In this document: positions 8,707 to 16,368 of the stretch, piece by piece
Position numbering within the stretch: position 1 is the stretch's first letter
How the letters are laid out: each line of letters begins with the position of its first letter
Origin: Candidatus Omnitrophota bacterium
GTDB lineage: Bacteria > Omnitrophota > Gorgyraeia > Zapsychrales > JANLHA01
NCBI GenBank assembly: GCA_963662715.1
Contig: OY759724.1
Coordinates: 1,440,001 to 1,472,000 of the forward strand
Length of the DNA: 32,000 nucleotides
Direction of reading: 5' to 3'
Notes under the pieces: model-generated
Database searches by the model: none
Told to the model about the DNA's origin: nothing
The model's input: the letters and a program-made list of their open reading frames with translations, nothing else
Translations under genes and position numbers: made by a program

Positions 8707-8739
8707 TTCCGTTAGGACCCCGTAAAAACGGAATGCGAA

Positions 8740-9096
8740 ATGGTTAAAATAGAAAATATCATTGCTCAAGATAAATGGTATTATAAAAACAAGGACGGCA
8801 AGACTGTTTCTGCCGAAATCATTATCGGAAAGCCGTCCCAGAAACTTCACGAAGAAAAGCCCTGTTGGGTTTGTCCTGTTTATATCGAGACGTTTACAAC
8901 CAGGGTGATCTCGGCTGTCGGGGCCGGTCCGGTGGAGGCCCTTTTAAGCGCCATGACCTTGGTGAAAGCTTTTTTTGATATGTATCAGGAATGTTTTGTC
9001 GAGCACGTGCCGCCGAAACCCAAAGAGCCGCAGGCCAGGACAGCGTCTTTAAAACGGAAGAGAAATTCTTCTGTTCCTAAGAAAGTTAAGAAATAA
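8740..9096 (+). CDS. hypothetical protein with a Lys/Pro-rich basic tail
   Basis: The ORF has 118 codons. A globular N-terminal region of about 85 aa is followed by PPKPKEPQARTASLKRKRNSSVPKKVKK. The SD is weak and the family is unassigned. Confidence 0.5.
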   Translation: MVKIENIIAQDKWYYKNKDGKTVSAEIIIGKPSQKLHEEKPCWVCPVYIETFTTRVISAVGAGPVEALLSAMTLVKAFFDMYQECFVEHVPPKPKEPQARTASLKRKRNSSVPKKVKK

Positions 9097-9136
9097 ATTC
9101 TGTGCCGTTGATGTTACTGAGAAGGGGAGGGGAAAT

Positions 9137-10000
9137 ATGAAATCATTTTCTAAGAGAGAAGCTATTAAGTACGGGTGGGGTGCGGTGACGTCTCGCCTGG
9201 GATTTTTCTTCGGCTTAATGGTCGTCCTGCTGGTTATCAAACTGTTTTCCGACGCTTTCGGCGGACTGGCCAATCAGAGGAAAGTTCAAAAAGAGGATTT
9301 TGCCCTTGTGACCAGCGATGTCGACGGTTTATATAACAATCTGCTTCAGAGCGGTTATATTAGCCAGGAGGGGATTGTGAAAAAAAAGTTCAGGGATTTG
9401 AGGCGTCCTGAAGACTTGAATGTCGATTCCGCCTACGGCTCTAAAGCCCGGATCGTTATGACGATGCATAGAAAAATGTTGAAAGTCCCTCCTTCGAGAC
9501 ATAAATTTTATGCGGGTTTGTTCGTCATGTGGGTCATCAGCATGATCGCCCAGATCGGATTGATTAAAATAACCCTTAAAATTCACGACGATCAGCCGGC
9601 GCAGTTGACGGAGCTTTTTTCTTATGCCCCGCTTATTTTTAAATATTTGTTGGCCAACATCCTTTACGGAGCGATTATTTTTGCCGGGGGGATTCTCTTG
9701 ATCATTCCCGGAATCATCTGGGCCGTCATGTTTCAGTTCACCCCATATTTCATCATAGACAAGGATGCCGGTATCATGGAAGCTTTAAAAAGCAGCGCGT
9801 CTTTGACCTCGGGGGCGAAATGGAACCTGTTTTTCTTTAATATCCTTATCGGGTTGGTCAATCTGGCCGGAGCATTGTGCTTTTTAGTAGGGTTGCTGCT
9901 CACGATACCGTTGTCGTTTATGGCCATTGCCTATGTTTACCGTCAGCTTTTATCGCAAACAGGATCGGGCGATAGCCCTGAAATCCCGGCGGTGAGCTGA
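9137..10000 (+). CDS. polytopic membrane protein (unknown family)
   Basis: The product is 287 aa with a strong SD (GAAGGGGAGGGG). It has several long hydrophobic segments, for example LGFFFGLMVVLLVIKLF and ILYGAIIFAGGILLIIPGIIWAVMF. Confidence 0.7.
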   Translation: MKSFSKREAIKYGWGAVTSRLGFFFGLMVVLLVIKLFSDAFGGLANQRKVQKEDFALVTSDVDGLYNNLLQSGYISQEGIVKKKFRDLRRPEDLNVDSAYGSKARIVMTMHRKMLKVPPSRHKFYAGLFVMWVISMIAQIGLIKITLKIHDDQPAQLTELFSYAPLIFKYLLANILYGAIIFAGGILLIIPGIIWAVMFQFTPYFIIDKDAGIMEALKSSASLTSGAKWNLFFFNILIGLVNLAGALCFLVGLLLTIPLSFMAIAYVYRQLLSQTGSGDSPEIPAVS

Positions 10001-10053
10001 TCCGGATAAAGTTAAACTGGACTTTAAATATTATCATTTTAGGAGGATGAACA

Positions 10054-10443
10054 GTGGATTGTCCTGTGTGTCAGGAAGCGATGATTGTCTGCGAGCTGGA
10101 TCAGGTCGAAATTGACCATTGTGTGTCTTGTGGCGGAATTTGGCTGGATGCCGGGGAATTGGAGCTGCTGCTGGGAAGCGGCGCCGGACAGGAAGATGTT
10201 TTGCATGTTCTCTCTCCGGAAACGTCAGCGGAGGAAAGCCCGAGACCCTGCCCGATATGTTTGAAGCCCATGGAGAAAGTTTTGTGCGCCGGAAAAGACA
10301 AGAACATCCTGTTGGACCGCTGCCGGTTTAAAGACGGACTATGGTTTGATAAAGGAGAGCTGAAGGATGTCTTGGAAGCCGGAAACAAAGCCGTGAACAG
10401 TAAGATTCTGATGTTGTTGCAGGAAATATTCAGGGAGAGTTAA
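10054..10443 (+). CDS. double zinc-ribbon protein (zf-TFIIB-type, PF13453-like)
   Basis: The product is 129 aa with a GTG start 6 nt after AGGAGGA. Repeat 1 reads CPVC..x14..CVSCGGIWLDAGELELL. Repeat 2 reads CPIC...DRC..DGLWFDKGELKDVL and is partly degenerate. Confidence 0.8.
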   Translation: MDCPVCQEAMIVCELDQVEIDHCVSCGGIWLDAGELELLLGSGAGQEDVLHVLSPETSAEESPRPCPICLKPMEKVLCAGKDKNILLDRCRFKDGLWFDKGELKDVLEAGNKAVNSKILMLLQEIFRES

Positions 10444-10459
10444 ACCAAGGAGGGGTATT

Positions 10460-11014
10460 ATGATGCTCGTTTTGCTTGTTTTTATCGGCGGTATGATCTT
10501 GATCATTATGTCTTTTGCCGGGACATATAATGCGCTTGTCCGCCTGAGAAATCAGGTTGATAACGCCTGGGCGCAAATCGACGTGCAGTTGAAAAGAAGG
10601 CATGACCTGATCCCGAATCTTATAGAGACGGCTAAAGGGTACATGACCCATGAACGGGAAACCTTGGAAGCTATTGTCGAGGCCAGAAGCAAGGCCATGG
10701 GGGCGCAGACCGTGGGAGAGAAATCGAAAACCGAAGGGTTTTTAAGTGAGGCCATGAGCAAATTTTTCCTGGTTGTGGAAAATTATCCGGATTTGAAGGC
10801 GAACCAGAACTTCCTTGCTTTGCAGGAGGAACTGACATCAACGGAAAACAAAATCGCTTTTGCCAGGCAGGCGTATAATGACCAGATATTGTCTTTTAAT
10901 AATAAAACAGAGATGTTCCCGTCCAATATTGTTGCCGGAATGTTTAATTTTACGAAAAGGGAATTTTTTGAAATAGAAGCGGAAGAACGGGAAGCGCCCA
11001 AAGTCCAGTTTTAG
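10460..11014 (+). CDS. lemA: LemA family membrane protein
   Basis: The product is 184 aa with SD AAGGAGGGG and an N-terminal TM helix. It carries the LemA signature YNALVRLRNQVDNAWAQIDVQLKRRHDLIPNLIETAKGY...ENYPDLKAN. Confidence 0.92.
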   Translation: MMLVLLVFIGGMILIIMSFAGTYNALVRLRNQVDNAWAQIDVQLKRRHDLIPNLIETAKGYMTHERETLEAIVEARSKAMGAQTVGEKSKTEGFLSEAMSKFFLVVENYPDLKANQNFLALQEELTSTENKIAFARQAYNDQILSFNNKTEMFPSNIVAGMFNFTKREFFEIEAEEREAPKVQF

Positions 11015-11025
11015 GTTTCTGCCTT

Positions 11026-12267
11026 ATGATGTGGGAGTTAATACAAGAAAATAAAAGAAAATCCTGGATGCTTTTTTTTGCTATGGGAGGGTGTCTGCTT
11101 GTCCTGGGGTATGTGATCGGTGCGGCGTGGATGCCTCATCAGGACGGGGGGATTTTGGGCGTTATGATCGCCGGCATGGTCTGGTTTTTCATGTCATTGG
11201 TCAGTTATTTTTCCGGAGATTCGATCCTCCTGTCTTTGAGCGGCGCCAAAGCCGTCAATCATGACGTCCATCCGCAGTTGTTTAACGTCGTTGAGGAGAT
11301 GAAGATCTCCGCCAACCTTCCCGTTATGCCGAAGATATACATTATCGACAGTCCGGCCGCGAATGCCTTTGCCACAGGGCGTAGCCCTGAACGGAGCGCT
11401 ATTGCTGTCACCGCCGGGTTGCTGGCGATGCTCAACCGGGACGAATTGCAGGGGGTTATCGCCCACGAAATGTCGCATATCTTAAACCGGGATGTGCTGT
11501 ATATGACATTTGCCGGCGTGCTCCTGGGCAGCATTGTTATGCTTTCGGAGATTTTCTTAAGAAGTCAGTATTATTCCTCGTCCCGCCGTTACCGGGGCTC
11601 TTCCCGGGATAACGGCCAGGGGCAGGCGGTGATCATGCTTATCGCTATCGTTTTTGCCGTCCTGGCCCCGATTTTAGCCCGGCTGTTCTACTTCTCTTTA
11701 TCAAGGCGCAGGGAGTATCTCGCCGATGCGTCTGCTGTGCGTTTGACGCGTTATCCGGAAGGCCTCGCCGCTGCTCTGGAGAAGATCTCTCAGCCGGATA
11801 TTCAACTGGCGAAAGTGAATAAAGTCACGGCTTCCATGTACATCATTAATCCTTTAAAATCTAAAAAGCAGCATCTGGCCCTTGCTTTCAGCACCCATCC
11901 CCCGATCAATGAACGTATAAAAATATTGCGGTCCATGACCCAGGGTGTTAATTACCGTCAATATGCCGAGGCTTTCTCAAAAATAAAAGGCCGGTCTTCT
12001 TTGATGCCGGCGTCGGCTTTGGAGGATTCGCAGGACGTCCCTCTTCGGAAGGCATCGGTCCAGCCGGATACGCGCACGGCGAAACAGAAGACAAGGGAGT
12101 GGGGGGATCTTGTAAGAGTTTTAAATAAGTTTATGTTTATCCCGTGCCCGTGCGGCTTAACGATAAAAATCCCCCCGGATTATAAACGCGATACGGTTGT
12201 TTGCCCCCGGTGTCGCCGAAGTCACGATCCCCGTAAGGCGGCGCATGCAGACCAGCACAAGACTTGA
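11026..12267 (+). CDS. M48 (HtpX-like) zinc metallopeptidase with a C-terminal zinc-ribbon extension
   Basis: The product is 413 aa with TM helices and an HEMSH zinc motif (VIAHEMSHILNRD). A downstream Glu block (RREYLADASAV) and THPPINERI are present. The extra C-terminal region of about 110 aa contains CPCG-x17-CPRC. Confidence 0.9.
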   Translation: MMWELIQENKRKSWMLFFAMGGCLLVLGYVIGAAWMPHQDGGILGVMIAGMVWFFMSLVSYFSGDSILLSLSGAKAVNHDVHPQLFNVVEEMKISANLPVMPKIYIIDSPAANAFATGRSPERSAIAVTAGLLAMLNRDELQGVIAHEMSHILNRDVLYMTFAGVLLGSIVMLSEIFLRSQYYSSSRRYRGSSRDNGQGQAVIMLIAIVFAVLAPILARLFYFSLSRRREYLADASAVRLTRYPEGLAAALEKISQPDIQLAKVNKVTASMYIINPLKSKKQHLALAFSTHPPINERIKILRSMTQGVNYRQYAEAFSKIKGRSSLMPASALEDSQDVPLRKASVQPDTRTAKQKTREWGDLVRVLNKFMFIPCPCGLTIKIPPDYKRDTVVCPRCRRSHDPRKAAHADQHKT

Positions 12268-12362
12268 AAAGAGGCGGGTTGAAGTTTGCCGGCATGCGTG
12301 AGGAGAAATCCGGTTTTTCCTCGCAGTCCTGTTCGGAATACCGAAAAAACTTAGGAGGGAAC

Positions 12363-12602
12363 ATGATTAAACTATTTGATAAAGAAATCGGCGCTGACTT
12401 GGGTTTTATCTCAGAAGAACAGCTGAAATTTCTGGCCGATCAACTGGAGGAGGAATCCCCGGATGACACGGATTATTATTTCAATTCGGCGACGATAGAT
12501 TTATTGGCGGAGCGGGGCGCTGATGAAGAGTTGCTGGCAAAGCTTCGCCAGGCGTTAGGCTCAAAAGAGGGTGTCGAAATTCGCTGGGAGAGGGAGGAAT
12601 AA
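12363..12602 (+). CDS. small acidic hypothetical protein
   Basis: The product is 79 aa from the ATG at 12363, with SD TAGGAGGGA 4 nt upstream. It is highly acidic (EEQLKFLADQLEEESPDDTDYYF). The TTG-initiated extension to 12264 is rejected. Confidence 0.55.
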   Translation: MIKLFDKEIGADLGFISEEQLKFLADQLEEESPDDTDYYFNSATIDLLAERGADEELLAKLRQALGSKEGVEIRWEREE

Positions 12603-12637
12603 ATCCGGTATTTCCTGTCGGATGCTCTCTGAAATAA

Positions 12638-13330
12638 ATGACGGTTAAAGAAATATTAAGGGAACTGAAAGCGTTGTCTGATCCGGGTTCTTTGGAGGGA
12701 ATGGCGCGCTTCGGCATTAAGACATCCAGGGCTTACGGGGTTTCCGTCCCTGCTTTGCGTCGGCTGGCCAAACGTGCCGGGAAAAACCATGTTTTGGCGC
12801 GGCAGCTGTGGCAGTCAGGTATTCACGAGGCCCGGATTCTGGCGGGAATGATTGAGGATCCCCGGGAGGTTACGGAACGGCAAATGGACCGCTGGGCCAG
12901 GGATTTTGATTCCTGGGACCTGTGTGATCAGTGTTGCAGCAATCTTTTCGACAAAACGTCTTTTGCCTATCAAAAGGCTGTGGAATGGAGTGGACGAAAA
13001 GAGGAATTTGTCAAGCGGGCCGGTTTTGTGCTCATGGCGGTATTGGCCGTTCATGATAAAAAAGCTTCTGACAGACAATTTAAAGGATTTTTTAGTCTTA
13101 TAAAAAGAGAGTCGACAGATCAAAGAAATTTTGTTAAAAAAGCAGTTAATTGGGCGTTGCGGCAAATAGGGAAAAGGACCCGTCCTTTGAATAAAATAGC
13201 GATTCAGACAGCAGAGGAGTTAAGCCTGCTGGATTCACCGTCCTCGAAATGGATCGCCAGAGATGCCTTAAAAGAGTTAACAAGCAAGAGCGTTCAGCAT
13301 AAATGGCGGCTTTCTTCCGGGGGGAGATGA
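12638..13330 (+). CDS. DNA alkylation repair protein (AlkD-like HEAT-repeat family, PF08713-like)
   Basis: The product is 230 aa. Characteristic blocks are LKALSDPGSLEGMARFGI, YGVSVPALRRLAK, LWQSGIHEARILA, DFDSWDLCDQ and AVNWALRQIGKR. Confidence 0.85.
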   Translation: MTVKEILRELKALSDPGSLEGMARFGIKTSRAYGVSVPALRRLAKRAGKNHVLARQLWQSGIHEARILAGMIEDPREVTERQMDRWARDFDSWDLCDQCCSNLFDKTSFAYQKAVEWSGRKEEFVKRAGFVLMAVLAVHDKKASDRQFKGFFSLIKRESTDQRNFVKKAVNWALRQIGKRTRPLNKIAIQTAEELSLLDSPSSKWIARDALKELTSKSVQHKWRLSSGGR

Positions 13331-13401
13331 TTCCGGGAGCAGGGTGAAAGGATCAGATCGGATTTGTGCGCGCTGCTGAATATAAACCAGAAAGGTTGAT
13401 T

Positions 13402-14067
13402 ATGAAAAAAGCTTTATTGATTATCATGATTTTTTTTGTGGCGGCGTGCTCGCAGAGGGATGACAAGGCAAAAAAAGAATTGTACCAAGAAACCCGTTCG
13501 ACCAGTGAAGTTTTTACCCTGTTGCTGGATTATTATAGAATGCATCATCCGGAGATCGCCGAAAGCCTTAATCCCCCGGTGGATCAAATGCAGCTAGACA
13601 AACTCGAAAAGCTGATCGGCAGGAAGCTGCCCCCGGATTTCCGTTCCTTATACCTGCTCGCTGACGGACAGAAGGAAAAGACGCCGCCGTTTTTTCCTGA
13701 CGGCTATGTGTTTTTTTCATTGACCGATCTGGAAATTGAATGGAAAGCCCTGAAGGACACCCATTCCGCAAGATCCGATTTCCATATGGGAGGGATGTCT
13801 CCCGGCCGGGTCAGGGATTACTGGTGGCATCCTATGTGGGTGCCTTTTGCCAAGACATCCTACGGTGATTATCTTTGTCTGGACCTTTTTCCCACGAAAC
13901 GCGGCCGGATCGGTCAGGTTATTCAATTTCTGCAAAATAGTGTGGAAAGAGAATGTCTGGGGTTGAGCGTGACCGATTTTCTGGGAGAATACGAAACAAA
14001 ACTGAGCTCAGGGGAATATTACTTCAACTCTGAATACGGTTTTTTTGTTCCCAAAGAGAAGAAATGA
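13402..14067 (+). CDS. SMI1/KNR4 (SUKH-1) family lipoprotein
   Basis: The product is 221 aa from the ATG at 13402. It has a lipobox, MKKALLIIMIFFVAAC. SMI1/KNR4-type blocks include LDKLEKLIGRKLPPDFRSLYLLADGQ and WVPFAKTSYGDYLCLDL. Confidence 0.8.
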   Translation: MKKALLIIMIFFVAACSQRDDKAKKELYQETRSTSEVFTLLLDYYRMHHPEIAESLNPPVDQMQLDKLEKLIGRKLPPDFRSLYLLADGQKEKTPPFFPDGYVFFSLTDLEIEWKALKDTHSARSDFHMGGMSPGRVRDYWWHPMWVPFAKTSYGDYLCLDLFPTKRGRIGQVIQFLQNSVERECLGLSVTDFLGEYETKLSSGEYYFNSEYGFFVPKEKK

Positions 14068-14243
14068 CCGGCCGCAGCGGGGGCAAAATATCCGTGACTT
14101 TCCTGCCTGTCAACGCCGATGTGTTTTAGTTTCATCCGATATTCGGGGACCCCAAAAGACGTCTTGGTTTTTGCTGATTCCGGGAAGCCGTTATATTTCT
14201 ATGCCGTTTAACAGGGGAACGTCAGGTCAAAAGCAAGGAGTAT

Positions 14244-14621
14244 ATGATGGGATATGCCGTTATGAAAATCGTCATCCTGTTCTTGACGGTCGCTGTCTTA
14301 ATCTTTCTCTGGGTCGTTTTGAGGGCCTTGAATAAAAAGAACCATGCTTTTAAAGATTATCGCGAGCTGGATGCCGGGCTGTCCTACCCTTGTCCGAAAT
14401 GCGGCCGGGTCATGGAAAACGGCTTCGTCACGGCAGGGAAAGGTATTATCTTCCGGGCGAGTCAGGAGAAGCCCGCAGGTCAAATACTGAACACGGATGC
14501 TTTATTGGACAACACTATAAATATGACCTTTTCCTCTAAAGAAAACCTGGCTTTCCGGTGCCGGGATTGTCAATATGTGCTTATCGACCACAGCTGCCTC
14601 GTTGGTAAAGTGACGCGTTAA
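14244..14621 (+). CDS. membrane-anchored zinc-ribbon protein
   Basis: The product is 125 aa with SD AAGGAG. The start is at 14244 or 14247, from tandem ATGs. An N-terminal TM helix is followed by CPKC...x58...CRDC, bracketing a small domain. Confidence 0.6.
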   Translation: MMGYAVMKIVILFLTVAVLIFLWVVLRALNKKNHAFKDYRELDAGLSYPCPKCGRVMENGFVTAGKGIIFRASQEKPAGQILNTDALLDNTINMTFSSKENLAFRCRDCQYVLIDHSCLVGKVTR

Positions 14622-14748
14622 AGCAAAGGTTAGATGACGTAAAACCATGAAGAAAAAAGAGCTTTGCCTTTGAAATAAAGGGCTTTTTTATCCGCCGGTT
14701 TTTTGCTATGATTTTTGGACAGCCTTTATCATTTTTGCGGAGGAGACC

Positions 14749-15576
14749 GTGACATCCAAATTGTCTAAACCGTTTTTTTTAACGTCCTATATAGCGGGGG
14801 GAGGGATAACCCATTTGCTGTCCTTTTTGATGTTGATTGCCAGCAAAAAAGATGTTGCTTTCGTCCTGCTGCTGATTTCTTTTGTCTTTTTGGTTTATTT
14901 AACGGTTGTCAGCTGTATTCTTTGGTCTAAGTCCTGGAGCTTCATCCAGGACGGCCATGCCCGGACAACACCAGGCAGGGCGATCGGCTTTATGTTTATT
15001 CCGTTCTTCAGTTTTTACTGGCTCTTTCAGCTGATTTACGGTTTTGCCAAGGACTTTAATGCTTATGTGGACCGCTATAATGCCCCGACAAAAAAACTGT
15101 CAGAGCCTCTTTTTTTGACGATCTGCATTATGCTGCTGGTCGGTGTTTTCATGAATCTGGTCCCGGGCATCGGCATTTTTTATTCTTTTGCCGTTTATAT
15201 TGTCATGATATTTCTTGTTGTTCAGCTGATCGATGCCGTGAACCAGCTTCCCGACCAGGCGGAACAATTTTCTTCTGATGTCCTTTTGCCGCAGGAAAAG
15301 GCTCCGGGGTGTTCGGACAATAAATTCGCCGGCGTCATTGCCATTCTTTTATCGGCCATTGCTCTTTTGCACGAAATGGTTTTCTTTACAGACATATTTC
15401 TGTCTCCCTTTGGCCGAATGATATTAGGAGTTTTGGCCTTATTGAACGGGGGCGTGGTTATATTTTTAGCGACCCGCTGCAGACATGCGGTATTAAAGGT
15501 TTTAGGAATCTGCGTTCCTGTTCTTGTGATTCTTGTTCACCTGCTGCGATGGATGACGAGACCTTTTCCTTTCTGA
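14749..15576 (+). CDS. polytopic membrane protein (unknown family)
   Basis: The product is 275 aa with a GTG start 4 nt after GGAGGAG. It has at least 6 hydrophobic segments and a conserved-looking loop, GRAIGFMFIPFFSFYWLFQLIYGF. Confidence 0.6.
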   Translation: MTSKLSKPFFLTSYIAGGGITHLLSFLMLIASKKDVAFVLLLISFVFLVYLTVVSCILWSKSWSFIQDGHARTTPGRAIGFMFIPFFSFYWLFQLIYGFAKDFNAYVDRYNAPTKKLSEPLFLTICIMLLVGVFMNLVPGIGIFYSFAVYIVMIFLVVQLIDAVNQLPDQAEQFSSDVLLPQEKAPGCSDNKFAGVIAILLSAIALLHEMVFFTDIFLSPFGRMILGVLALLNGGVVIFLATRCRHAVLKVLGICVPVLVILVHLLRWMTRPFPF

Positions 15577-15615
15577 ATCCCGTTTTGTCGGTAACTTTTT
15601 CCGTGTTATGAAATT

Positions 15616-16317
15616 ATGAAGGACGGTATTGCCCGAAGCCCGGTTTTGTTGTTTATCCTCATCCTTTTGGGCCTTTTTGCCTGGACAGGATATTATGGGG
15701 GATATGTCTATACTTTCACCGTCCCGTTGTTTTGGGTTCTTTTCATCAGGAAAAAGCCTGCGGAAATTTTAGGCCTTTCAAAAAATAACATTGTGCCTTC
15801 CGTTTTCACGGGCGGGATAACAGGGATCCTGCTTTCGGTCTTGGGAGGGCTGATCCTGAAATGGAGCGGGCATGAAAAGGTTCATCTGCCGACCATCCCG
15901 GAAACTTCTCCTCTGCCGGCATTGACAGCCAGTATGTTCACAAAATCGGCCGACGGGTATTTGTTGCTGAGAAGTTCTTCTTTCTGGGGCTGTGTCCTTT
16001 ATTTTTTTTATATCTTGCTGGCTGTGGGGCTGGGGGAGGAATTGTTCTGGCGGGGGTTTGTTCAGAATTATCTGATGTCCCGCAAGGGCCCTCCCTGGTT
16101 TGCCGTAAGCGCGACATCGGTTTTGTTCGTCTTGGTCCACATTTTTTTAATTTCCTTAATGCCGGTCAGGACTTTTTCTCTTTTTCTTGCGCTTATAGGC
16201 TGTGCGAGCATGCTCTGGGGCCTGATGTTTTACCGTTTTAAGAATCTTTGGGGCTGCGCCATCTCACATGGCATAACGGCATTCGTTGTTTGGCGGTGTT
16301 TTTTTTATTCGTTATAA
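15616..16317 (+). CDS. CPBP (CAAX) family intramembrane glutamic endopeptidase
   Basis: The product is 233 aa and polytopic. Motif 1 is EExxxR (GLGEELFWRGF), motif 2 is FxxxH (VLFVLVHIF) and motif 3 is HxxxN/D-like (ISHGITAF). Confidence 0.85.
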   Translation: MKDGIARSPVLLFILILLGLFAWTGYYGGYVYTFTVPLFWVLFIRKKPAEILGLSKNNIVPSVFTGGITGILLSVLGGLILKWSGHEKVHLPTIPETSPLPALTASMFTKSADGYLLLRSSSFWGCVLYFFYILLAVGLGEELFWRGFVQNYLMSRKGPPWFAVSATSVLFVLVHIFLISLMPVRTFSLFLALIGCASMLWGLMFYRFKNLWGCAISHGITAFVVWRCFFYSL

Positions 16318-16368
16318 GTTCGGTTTTCCGGGACAGACTCCCGTATACGAGATCAAGGAGGCGGTCTT

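Noticed and set aside
12264-12362. A TTG-initiated extension of the small acidic protein ORF.
   Set aside because: The TTG overlaps the M48 stop codon and has no SD. The ATG at 12363 follows a strong TAGGAGGGA.
14045-14335. A 96-aa + strand ORF bridging the SMI1/KNR4 and zinc-ribbon genes.
   Set aside because: It overlaps both neighbouring supported genes out of frame, is Arg/Gly/Pro-rich and has no SD.
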